DNA of 19,960 nucleotides from Candidatus Bathyarchaeia archaeon (GTDB lineage Archaea; Thermoproteota; Bathyarchaeia; Bathyarchaeales; Bathycorpusculaceae): NCBI GenBank assembly GCA_050010515.1, contig JBEKKX010000039.1, positions 1 to 19,960 of the forward strand, read 5' to 3'. Shown piece by piece: positions 7,897 to 16,490 of this stretch (position 1 is its first letter; each line of letters starts with the position of its first letter). The notes under the pieces were generated by a model. It saw only the letters and a program-made list of their open reading frames with translations, ran no database searches and was not told where the DNA came from. The position numbers and the translations under genes were made by a program.

Positions 7897-9427
7897 TTGG
7901 TTTGCGCACCTTCAAGTGACTCATTGGGTTATCAAAAACCCGTGGAATCCAATCAATAATGTCTGTAGCGACCATGTGGAAACCAATTTCGCTTGCAACG
8001 AAGTCGCCTGCGGCACCGTTAACAAAGGCACCGGCCACTGCAGCTTCAAACGGGTCTACATGCTGAGCCATTAAACCGCCTACGATGCCGCTGAGAACGT
8101 CACCCGTTCCCCCAACAGTCATGCCTGGGTTGCCCGTGAAATTCAGCTTAATCCTTTCAGCGTCGCATATAATGTCAACTTTGCCTTTTACAAGAACGAC
8201 CGCGTTAAGTTTCTTTGCGGTTTTTTGCACTGCCAAAGCGCGTTCTTCTTGGTTTTCAGGTAAAGTTTCGCCTGTCAATATAGTGTATTCGCCAGCGTGA
8301 GGTGTAAGAACGAGTGGCACCTTTAAGGGTCTTTTGAACTTGGCGAACGCTTTCAATCCATCAGCATCCAAAAGCAGAGGTTTCCCAGCCTTCTCAACTT
8401 CTTCAATGCAGAACTTAACAAACTCTGCGGTTTCAGAGTTTAATCCTAAGCCTGGACCCATTGCAACCGCATCAACTATACTCAGGTAGGGTTTTAGTGT
8501 TTCTATGTTGCTTGGTTTCAAATTGTTACCTTCAAGCTTTATCGTTATCAAGTCAGGAGACATAGAAGAAATCGCATAAGCCGTCTTTGCAGGAGCAGCA
8601 AGATAAACAATGTCTACGCCTGTTCGCATTGCACCAAGTGAAACCAATGTGGGCGCTCCAGAGTAAACCTCGCTTCCGCCGATAACTAGCAGTCGCCCGG
8701 AATCGCCCTTATGGGCTGTTGGGCTCCGCAATTTTGTGGCAAGGTAAACATCGCCTGGACCAGCATATTGTTCTATTTCCTTGGGCAAACCTATGTCTTT
8801 GACAACTAATTCGCCAACGTACTTTTTCGCCTTGTTTAACCCCAACTTTGCCTTATGAAATATCACCGTCAAATCGGCTTTTACAGCGGTGCCTAAAACT
8901 TCGCCGGTATCTGAATCTATGCCTGTTGGAACATCAACCGCTATTTTGAAAGCATTCAAAGAATTAATGTACTCAACTACTTGGGATATCGGCGGCTTAA
9001 GTTGCCCTTTGGTTCCCGTTCCCAGCAAAGCGTCAATGGCTACGTCAGCAATCACTTTTGGTATAGCAGAACTGTCGGTTGCTTCAAGCATAGGAATTTT
9101 ATCTTGCATTGATTGAAGAATGCACCAGTTTTTCATTGCCGATTCATGGTTAATGTCACGACTTTTGCCAACAAGGATGACTGTTACACTGTAATCAGCT
9201 GCTAAAAGATGTCTAGCAGCTACAAAGCCGTCACCGCCGTTTCCGCCTAAACCGCAGAAAATAGCAATTTTTTTATCGTTGGGGAAACGCGAAATGGTTT
9301 CTTGGGCTATGTTGCGTCCAGCATTTTCCATTAGTTGAAGCAGGGATATACCATAGTATTCAGCGTTCGCTTCTAGAGCACGCATTTCTCTGCTTGAAAT
9401 GAACGAGTTTTTGTTTTTTGTTTGCAT
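7886..9427 (-). CDS. nnr: Bifunctional NAD(P)H-hydrate epimerase/dehydratase (NnrE-NnrD)
   Basis: LMENAG, GGNGGDG, DALLGTG and DVPTG in the epimerase part. HKG.SG, GPGLG, DADGL, TPHAGE and GGTGDVLSG in the dehydratase part. Confidence 0.95.
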   Translation of the reverse strand: MQTKNKNSFISSREMRALEANAEYYGISLLQLMENAGRNIAQETISRFPNDKKIAIFCGLGGNGGDGFVAARHLLAADYSVTVILVGKSRDINHESAMKNWCILQSMQDKIPMLEATDSSAIPKVIADVAIDALLGTGTKGQLKPPISQVVEYINSLNAFKIAVDVPTGIDSDTGEVLGTAVKADLTVIFHKAKLGLNKAKKYVGELVVKDIGLPKEIEQYAGPGDVYLATKLRSPTAHKGDSGRLLVIGGSEVYSGAPTLVSLGAMRTGVDIVYLAAPAKTAYAISSMSPDLITIKLEGNNLKPSNIETLKPYLSIVDAVAMGPGLGLNSETAEFVKFCIEEVEKAGKPLLLDADGLKAFAKFKRPLKVPLVLTPHAGEYTILTGETLPENQEERALAVQKTAKKLNAVVLVKGKVDIICDAERIKLNFTGNPGMTVGGTGDVLSGIVGGLMAQHVDPFEAAVAGAFVNGAAGDFVASEIGFHMVATDIIDWIPRVFDNPMSHLKVRKPSGK

Positions 9428-9485
9428 GTTTGGTGCCTTGTTATTTTATTGTTACTAGTTAAAAGATAAGTCTATCTTTAAAGTG

Positions 9486-9510
9486 GTATACAAAAGCATC
9501 AACAAAACAC
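9486..9510 (+). repeat. 25-bp dispersed intergenic motif, copy 1
   Basis: GTATACAAAAGCATCAACAAAACAC. Confidence 0.9.
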
Positions 9511-9573
9511 ATTAAAAAGGCTCCTGCCGAGTGATTTTTAGGTTTAACAAGGCTGATTTTGCTAAAGGAGATG

Positions 9574-9843
9574 CTACTTGTTTTTGGGTCGGTAGGCTTT
9601 GCCCTTGTACTCTCTTGAAATTATCATGGTTGAGGTAACAAGGACATTCGGTACGGTTCTGACTTTTTGCGAAACGAATTCTTCCAGCTTATTCAAATCA
9701 GCCGTTGCCATCTTGGCTACCACATCGTATTCGCCGAAAACTATGTCTGTCTGCATGACCTCGTTGAATTCAGTTATTTTTTGGGCGACTTCTCTTTCTG
9801 TTCCAGAAGCTACCTTGAAAAGAACGTAGGCTAAAATCGACAT
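9574..9843 (-). CDS. Stand-alone Lrp/AsnC ligand-binding (RAM) domain protein
   Basis: AYVLFKV..GTEREV...VFGEYDVVAK...KVRTVPNV..TSTMI. No HTH. ATG 9843 is the likely start. Confidence 0.85.
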   Translation of the reverse strand: MSILAYVLFKVASGTEREVAQKITEFNEVMQTDIVFGEYDVVAKMATADLNKLEEFVSQKVRTVPNVLVTSTMIISREYKGKAYRPKNK

Positions 9844-9995
9844 ACTCACACCATTCACCATAGTCACATAAAAGCTTAATTACTTTTCCGTGCTCACATA
9901 AAAGGTAGGAAAAAAGTTTATTCCACACGGTGCCCATAATTTCATTAGAGTTTTTAAAAAGCATATTCTTAAAACAAGGATAGTAGATTATTTAA

Positions 9996-10736
9996 ATGGT
10001 GATTTGTTTGGAAAAAAACTATTCTATTACAAATTTTGATGCCCTTTTGATAACGGACCTTCAAAAAGATTTTCTGCAAGGCGGCGCCCTGCCCGTTCCT
10101 GATGGAGACGAAATTATTCCTGTCCTTAACGAGTATGCAAGGCGTTTTGAGGATGCTAAAGCCTATGTTTTTGCTTCTAGGGATTGGCATCCGCCGAATC
10201 ATATTTCCTTTAAAGCGCAGGGTGGTCCATGGCCGCCTCACTGTGTTCAGAAGACGAAGGGTGCAAAGTTTAGTCCTGACCTCAAAATCCCTGAAGGCAC
10301 GTTGGTTATTTCTAAGGCTACTGATCCTGAACATGAAAGCTACTCGGTTTTTGACGGAACAAACTTCGCTAACGAGTTGCGGATGCGTGGTGTACGACGG
10401 CTTTTTGTCGGCGGTTTAGCAACTGATTATTGTGTTGTAAACACGGTTCTTGATGCTCGTAAACTTGGCTATGAGACAGTGGTGCTTATGGATGCAACGT
10501 TAGGCATTAACGTGAAGCCTGACGACGTGGACAGGGCGATTGAAGCAATGCTTAAGGCTGGAGCTGAACAGGCTACAAACGATGATTTTCCAGACGCAGT
10601 TGACACCTTGCCCACAGAGGAAACTGAACCTGACGCCATGGAAGAAAAGCCTTCAGAGAGAGCTGCTGTAAAGAAAAAGGCCCGAATGCGTCCAAGAGGG
10701 TCTGCTAAAAGGATTCGCACGGAGCGAAAAAGCTAA
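9996..10736 (+). CDS. pncA: Nicotinamidase/pyrazinamidase with charged C-terminal extension
   Basis: D.QKDF..GGALPV, RDWHP..H.SF, WP.HCVQ, K......YS.F and GLATDYCV, including the catalytic D/K/C residues. Confidence 0.9.
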   Translation: MVICLEKNYSITNFDALLITDLQKDFLQGGALPVPDGDEIIPVLNEYARRFEDAKAYVFASRDWHPPNHISFKAQGGPWPPHCVQKTKGAKFSPDLKIPEGTLVISKATDPEHESYSVFDGTNFANELRMRGVRRLFVGGLATDYCVVNTVLDARKLGYETVVLMDATLGINVKPDDVDRAIEAMLKAGAEQATNDDFPDAVDTLPTEETEPDAMEEKPSERAAVKKKARMRPRGSAKRIRTERKS

Positions 10737-11212
10737 TTTCTTTCGAAGTACAACGAAGCTTAAATAATCATGCTTATTTTTCCCTAAAAACCCCAAATTG
10801 CTCTCCTGCAGCTTGTTTTAACAGGGGAAATTGACGCCAACTTGGCTTTTTATTATGCCGAAGTTTAGAAATAGGCCTAATTAAGCTAAATTAAGTGGTT
10901 TTTCAAAGCATATTTTAGTATTTACAAGCATTTGATTGGTAATCGTCAGGCAGTTTTTAGCTGTAAGTCCTCTTTGTCGAGTGTTAAGTGCACACGTGGG
11001 TTCTAGTGGTCAACGAAATTTTTCCGAATGGTAACTTTTTACAATAAATAGTTAAAAAAGCGTATGCTGGCTTACGTGATTACCATTAAATCGTTAAAAT
11101 ACCATGTTGACCCGCATGTTTTCTATGATACGAGAAGCGAAAAGTAGAAACTTTCGCAGAAATTTAGCGATTGCAGTAAAAGAGATGCTGCCACTTGATT
11201 CTTTAATTTTTT

Positions 11213-11629
11213 TTATTGCTCGCCCATGACCTGGATTATTATGGTTCTTTTTCTCGGGTAAACGTCTGTTTCCACAAAAAGCAGCGACTGCCAAGTTCCA
11301 AACGTCACGTGTCCATCAACTATTGGCAGAGTCTTGTCTGGCGGAAGAAGCATGGAACGCAAATGTGAATGAGCGTTAGACGGATGCTGGTACGCCTTGT
11401 TTTTCGGCGCAAGTTCCTCAAGCAACGCCTTGATGTCGTTTAGTAATGCATAATCATTTTCTGTTAAAATCAGGACGCCTGTCGCGTGAGGAGCAAAAAC
11501 GTGGACTATCCCGTTTTTGATGCCTGAGAGCGAAACTTCTTCCTGCACTTTGTCAGATAAATCAATGAAGTCTATTTCGCCCCTCGTAGTGAAGCTATAG
11601 CTTTTATTTACGACTTTAAAGTTTGACAT
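11213..11629 (-). CDS. yjbQ: YjbQ/UPF0047 family protein (secondary thiamine-phosphate synthase)
   Basis: PHAT..L...EN, H..NAHSHLRS.L and GTWQS..FVE.D..R.R. Confidence 0.9.
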   Translation of the reverse strand: MSNFKVVNKSYSFTTRGEIDFIDLSDKVQEEVSLSGIKNGIVHVFAPHATGVLILTENDYALLNDIKALLEELAPKNKAYQHPSNAHSHLRSMLLPPDKTLPIVDGHVTFGTWQSLLFVETDVYPRKRTIIIQVMGEQ

Positions 11630-11698
11630 TACAAGCATCTTCCTATTGTTTTATCGCCTTGCATTACTGAAAAATGTTTCGAGAAGCAAGCAGAAAGT

Positions 11699-11723
11699 GT
11701 GTTTGGTTGATGCTTTTGTATAC
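11699..11723 (-). repeat. 25-bp dispersed intergenic motif, copy 2
   Basis: Reverse complement GTATACAAAAGCATCAACCAAACAC. Confidence 0.9.
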
Positions 11724-11897
11724 AGACACCTTTGAATTAGCAACCTTGAATGACCTTTAATCGCTAAATATTACTGGAATACCTGAGTGCTTTGTTGATT
11801 TGTTACTGTAACTAGACACTCCCATACGCTTAAAATTTTCTATGACCACTAATCATACAATCTATTTCTTGATTTTGAAGGTAACTTTTCAAAATGT

Positions 11898-11921
11898 CCC
11901 CAGTAAAAACCCCAGTAAAAA
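11898..11921. repeat. Perfect 12-bp tandem duplication
   Basis: CCCCAGTAAAAA repeated twice. Confidence 0.8.
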
Positions 11922-11959
11922 AAGGCAGAGAGCAAAAAGCTGCGCGGAGTTAATCGAAG

Positions 11960-12061
11960 ATGTTGAAGAAAATGAGTTGCCTGATCATGAAAAAGCAGAC
12001 GCAGAAGTTACAGCCAAAGAGTTGTACCACCACAAGTTGCAGTTGTTGTAGTTGCGGTTAG
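11960..12061 (+). CDS. Putative small Cys/Ser/Thr-rich peptide (33 aa; alternative ATGs at 11972 and 11987)
   Basis: Manual translation gives MLKKMSCLIMKKQTQKLQPKSCTTTSCSCCSCG*, with GGAG at 11946-11949 upstream. Shorter than any ORF in the supplied track. Confidence 0.35.
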   Translation: MLKKMSCLIMKKQTQKLQPKSCTTTSCSCCSCG

Positions 12062-13038
12062 TGGGGTAACCAAGGTTTGTGGTAAGGTAGGTTGTGGAGT
12101 TGCACACCAGGCCCTACTAAAGCCGCATAACATTTTAATTTTTTCGCCAATATTCTGCCTTCTGAAAATTTATGAACGCAACTGTTCAGCAAACCCCAGA
12201 GCAAACCGTTGTGTCTATCGAGCTTGACTGCAGGTAAACGAACAAGCTGTATTGAACAGTTTCTAACGCTTGCGTTTCCGTCACAGAGGAAGGAAAAGTT
12301 AACGAGACTATTTAGCTAAACAAGCTTTGGGTGCAGTTGCGGTTAATTGCAAAGTACTTTGCTGCCGGCTGGTGTGTGAGTTGCTGTTTTTTTAGAAAAA
12401 TTTTTAGATTTACAAAATTTTTTGGGCCCGTTATAGCCTTAAAAAAACGGTTTGTCGTTTGCCACATTTTAATAAAATACGCTATTTTAGAGGTTATTTT
12501 GCCATAAATTGGATGATGCACGGTTGTTTTTGTGCGAAACGGTAAAGCTAGAAAATCAAACAATTTTTTTCTATGGAAGCGATAATTTAAAAACCTAATT
12601 CATGGTTAAAATGTCAAAAGAGCCTTAATTCAGCCTTTTCAGTGCTTGCTCTAGAGCCCTGGCATGGAGAATATCGTGGCCTCATATAAGTACCCCCGAA
12701 AATCTCCATAGGAAGCTAACGCGTTATTTTTCGGTCTAACTTCGAGCATTTTGGAGTTTTTGCCAAGACCTGTGAAAACTTTGATTTAGCACAAAAATTT
12801 AGAAATGGAATTTTTTGAAATCAAGCCGTGGTTGAGGATTTGCGGGTCAGTTGAGCCGGGACCGGTGATGATTGCAGCTAAGATCACTTAACAAAAAGTA
12901 TGCCCCTAAGCTCTACTTTTAATTTTGCTAGAGAAATTCACTTGCTAAATTGATACCCTGTCCCGTCTTTCTGGTGCCAAATGTGAATGTCTGCTGTTAG
13001 TGAGAGGAGGCTACTTCTGCGTGATACTGTAAGAGGGG

Positions 13039-13063
13039 TGGTTTGGTTGATGCTTCTGTATAC
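13039..13063 (-). repeat. 25-bp dispersed intergenic motif, copy 3
   Basis: Reverse complement GTATACAGAAGCATCAACCAAACCA. Confidence 0.88.
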
Positions 13064-13315
13064 GGCTGTGGTTGCTGAAGCGGTTTTTGGGTCTTCGCTT
13101 AACTTTGTGTGGGCGAAATTTTGTCTCTAAGAGGCTTTGTTTTTGGGTCTTTTGGGTTCAGCGCTTGCTTTTGTATTGGTTTAGGTAGTCTAATCAGGCA
13201 AGATTTTGTGCGCGTGGATGAAAGCTTTTACGTTGTCAGTAACTTTGGTGAAGTTGGTATTACAGTGAATTTTTAACGTCACCAGTGTTCTCCAGAATCA
13301 CCAGGCTACTCCATC

Positions 13316-13340
13316 GTATACAAAAGCATCAACACAACAC
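13316..13340 (+). repeat. 25-bp dispersed intergenic motif, copy 4
   Basis: GTATACAAAAGCATCAACACAACAC. Its end overlaps the AACACTG-N6-CAGTGTT palindrome at 13336-13355. Confidence 0.9.
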
Positions 13341-13418
13341 TGTTTTCTCAGTGTTTCTGGGCAACAATTTTTATCTCCAACGCCTAATAAAGTAGCAAAC
13401 ATTAAAGAGAGAAAACCG

Positions 13419-13853
13419 TTGAGCACAGAAATAGATAGAGTAAGGCTTCGCCGTTGGCGCAAAAGAGGCTTCTATAGCGAAACAGTACTGGTTAAGCTCT
13501 TGCAGAAGAAAGGCTACAACGCCGTTCGAGTTCCAGTAAGCAACCCGAGCCTCAATCCATTGCCAGATATCATTGCAAGAAAAGGCACGCACAGTTACGC
13601 TTTTGAAGTAAAAAACGCCAGCTACTACGCTTATTTCCCTAAACAGCAAATCGATAAACTCTTCAGGTTTCTCGACCTCTTTATCCCCGCCGATAACGAG
13701 CATAAGCATGCCGTCGTTGCAGCGCATCTTGGCAAACGGTGGCTTTTCAAAGAGGTCAGTTGGTCTGATTGGGAGAAAAATAAGCTTCCCGAAAAAGTAA
13801 GAATTCTTAAGCGGGACAGGGGCAATCTTAACTTGGACACAACATATACCTGA
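13419..13853 (+). CDS. Archaeal Holliday junction resolvase Hjc/Hje-like PD-(D/E)XK nuclease
   Basis: RG...E..L...L..KGY..VR...S.....PDIIA.KG....FEVK. Whether it is Hjc itself or a paralog cannot be told from sequence alone. Confidence 0.82.
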   Translation: MSTEIDRVRLRRWRKRGFYSETVLVKLLQKKGYNAVRVPVSNPSLNPLPDIIARKGTHSYAFEVKNASYYAYFPKQQIDKLFRFLDLFIPADNEHKHAVVAAHLGKRWLFKEVSWSDWEKNKLPEKVRILKRDRGNLNLDTTYT

Positions 13854-13930
13854 AAAATGTAAGAAATGTACCTCAACATATATTATCTATAATAGTTAAC
13901 ATCTTTTTTCACAGTAAGGGTAGAAAGACT

Positions 13931-14644
13931 GTGCCTGAAAAAGAAGTCGCCATGATATATGCACAAGCCTTGGGAAAAGACTACCAAATCGGCAACGAAA
14001 AACTTGAAGTCTTAAAAGACATTACTTTTTCAATTCCTAAAGGCAAGTTTACTGTAGTAAGTGGTCCTTCAGGCTCAGGCAAAACAACCCTGCTCAACAT
14101 AATTGGCGGAATCGATAAGCCGACAACGGGAAAAATTTTTGTTAACGATCAAGATTTAACAGTTCAAAATGAAGATTTCTTGTCAGATTTTCGATGTAAC
14201 AATGTTGGTTTTGTTTTCCAATCGTATAATTTGGTTTCAACCCTGACAGTGGCTGAGAATGTTGCGTTCCCAATGGAGTGGACCGGAAAGCCCGAGGATG
14301 AAATAGAAAAACGCATAACTGAACTACTTGAAACCGTAGGTTTACAAAACAGGGCGAACCATTTTCCAGCTCAACTTAGCGGTGGAGAGCAGCAACGGGT
14401 AGCTTTTGCCAGGGCATTAGCGAATGACCCGCAACTTATCCTTGCTGATGAGCCAACAGGCAATTTGGATGATAAAAACGCTCAGAAAATCGTGCAAGTA
14501 CTTCAGTTGTTGAAAGAAAAGGGTAAAACAGTTATTGTTTCAACCCATGACGTCCAAATAAAGCAGTTAGCAGATCAAGTTTTATGCCTTGAAGACGGCA
14601 AATTGGCGAGTGAAAATGAGCAAAGCTGCTTTTCCAATCAATGA
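13931..14644 (+). CDS. ABC transporter ATP-binding protein (LolD/MacB-like)
   Basis: Walker [37 protein letters not shown] and THD. Confidence 0.95.
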   Translation: MPEKEVAMIYAQALGKDYQIGNEKLEVLKDITFSIPKGKFTVVSGPSGSGKTTLLNIIGGIDKPTTGKIFVNDQDLTVQNEDFLSDFRCNNVGFVFQSYNLVSTLTVAENVAFPMEWTGKPEDEIEKRITELLETVGLQNRANHFPAQLSGGEQQRVAFARALANDPQLILADEPTGNLDDKNAQKIVQVLQLLKEKGKTVIVSTHDVQIKQLADQVLCLEDGKLASENEQSCFSNQ

Positions 14645-16490
14645 TTTGCTTCGAAGGCGGCTTCAAACAAGCTTAACCATTGTCACCTTAGCCTTGAGTG
14701 TTGCTTCTACGCTGTTTTTGTTGCTGTTTAGTAGCAACTTGGGCTTTGGTTTAACATCTGCCACAAGCATGTTCACTATGGGAATAACCGCGTTGTTTTC
14801 ACAGTTTATACTTTTCATTGGCGTACTCATTTTTGCCGTAGGTATAGTGCTAACTTCTTTTATCGCTTTCTTTATGATGTCTCAAAGAACCCGCGATTTC
14901 GGTCTGATAAAGGCGGCTGGATGCCCAAACAGCCTTGTTGCTGGATACTTCATGACAGAACTACTAACAACAACGGTGGCGGGATGCGTTTTAGGCATAA
15001 TTGTCGGCTTTTTAATGGACTATGGCGTCGCTAACTATGTTTTTTCATCTTATCGGTTGCCCAATTTCTGGTTTGCACCCTTAGTTTTTGTGGTCTTTTT
15101 TGTTCTTGCACTAATTTTCGGTCTTTGGCCTCTCCTTAAAGCCTCAAGAATGTCACCGGTAAAGGCGCTTTCACCCGTAAACTATTACGGTTTAACCACA
15201 ACCAACAAGCACAAACCACTATCAAAGTCCGGCATAACTTGGAATATCGCTACCAGAAACCTGCTTCGCCGCCAATCAGCGACTATCCGAATTTTCCTTT
15301 TGCTGTCAATAGTTTTTATCCTGCTTACGGTTTCGATTGCGGGCGGCGTCATTGCAAGCGGCACCACTACATCATGGGTTCAAAACGCTGTTGGTAAAAA
15401 TACAATAGCCATAGCCACAAGCAGCATGGGTAACCAGTATGAACAGCTTTTATCAACATTTTCAGGGACCTCAAAAACAGGCAATTTTAACTATTCCGAC
15501 CCAAATCTGGCGATTCCAAGCTCAGTTATCCAGCAATTAAATGCTTTGCCAAGTGTGAGTTTGGTTGACACACGGCTAGTTTTAAATGAGCAAGTTCAAG
15601 AGGACCAAAATTTCAGCCTTAACGGCGAGACCTTGCAGACCACTCCTGTGGGTGATAGTAGAACTGGTGATTCAATAATCATCGGTGTTAATCCAGCAAA
15701 GCTTTCTGGCGCTTGGAATGTTGAGGGTCGATTTTTGAATGCAAATGACGATTACGAGGCAGTTGTAGGCGATTCAATTGCTCAATCAATGTACACGCCT
15801 GACCCAAGCATGAACATAAACCAGTCAAATCCTCTTGTTGAAGGCATATCATTTGAAAATGGCACCTTTAACATAGTGGGAGTTTGCGTAGATCCCATAA
15901 ACAATGGCTTTGTAACCTATGTCCCTATTGAGACACTCGAAAATATTACGGCTCTCTCCAGCCCCAACTTACTGCTAGTTACGCTTAAGAACCCAGCTGA
16001 CCAGGCTGCAGCAATTGTACAAATCAAAACCTTAATACAAAACACAGATCCAAACTTGAACGTCTTTCCGCTAAATAGCGTTGTTGAAAAGGACACGAAC
16101 TTTTTAGCGTCAACTTGGCAAACTATAATGGTTATGCCACTCTTTACTTTGGTTTCTGCAGCCCTTTGCATGGTAAGTTACATGATGCTTACGGTGGATG
16201 AGCAACATCAAGAATTCGCTGTTTTACGGGCTGTTGGAGCTAAACCTAAATTTGTTGTCTTTGTTTTGGCAATCCAAAGCATAATTGTGCTGGTTTCAAG
16301 CTTTGGGGTCGGAATATCGCTTGGCACAATTATAACTTTGCTTATTTTGATGCCTCAACCGCTAGTTACAGGCTTCACGATCTTGGAGATAACCGGTTTG
16401 CTTTTTGCAGCTTTAGCGGGAATCTTGCTTTTTAGCCTTTACCCAGCATTTAGGCTAGCTAAAAGTTCAATTTTAAAGATTATGACTTAA
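14616..16490 (+). CDS. FtsX/MacB-family ABC permease with two FtsX repeats
   Basis: QRTRDFGLIKAAG and QEFAVLRAVGA motifs, TM clusters and one large extracytoplasmic domain. Overlaps the ATPase stop. Confidence 0.88.
   Translation: MSKAAFPINDLLRRRLQTSLTIVTLALSVASTLFLLLFSSNLGFGLTSATSMFTMGITALFSQFILFIGVLIFAVGIVLTSFIAFFMMSQRTRDFGLIKAAGCPNSLVAGYFMTELLTTTVAGCVLGIIVGFLMDYGVANYVFSSYRLPNFWFAPLVFVVFFVLALIFGLWPLLKASRMSPVKALSPVNYYGLTTTNKHKPLSKSGITWNIATRNLLRRQSATIRIFLLLSIVFILLTVSIAGGVIASGTTTSWVQNAVGKNTIAIATSSMGNQYEQLLSTFSGTSKTGNFNYSDPNLAIPSSVIQQLNALPSVSLVDTRLVLNEQVQEDQNFSLNGETLQTTPVGDSRTGDSIIIGVNPAKLSGAWNVEGRFLNANDDYEAVVGDSIAQSMYTPDPSMNINQSNPLVEGISFENGTFNIVGVCVDPINNGFVTYVPIETLENITALSSPNLLLVTLKNPADQAAAIVQIKTLIQNTDPNLNVFPLNSVVEKDTNFLASTWQTIMVMPLFTLVSAALCMVSYMMLTVDEQHQEFAVLRAVGAKPKFVVFVLAIQSIIVLVSSFGVGISLGTIITLLILMPQPLVTGFTILEITGLLFAALAGILLFSLYPAFRLAKSSILKIMT

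Noticed and set aside
11895-11930. CCAGTAAAAA duplication as ORB/mini-ORB boxes
   Set aside because: It lacks the TCCAGTGGAA dyad and G-string, and no cdc6/orc1 gene is nearby.
11990-12110. AAC-rich minus strand (NRNYNNCN) as a DGR template repeat
   Set aside because: No reverse transcriptase and no matching variable repeat were seen in the window. The pattern is the complement of the GTT-rich plus strand.
12312-12563. 83-aa ORF, and likewise 17303..17494, 17353..17562 and 19242..19439
   Set aside because: They have non-ATG starts, no clear RBS or motifs, and composition typical of spurious ORFs.
12865-12925. GTGATGA as the C box of a C/D sRNA
   Set aside because: No CTGA D box was seen at a suitable distance.
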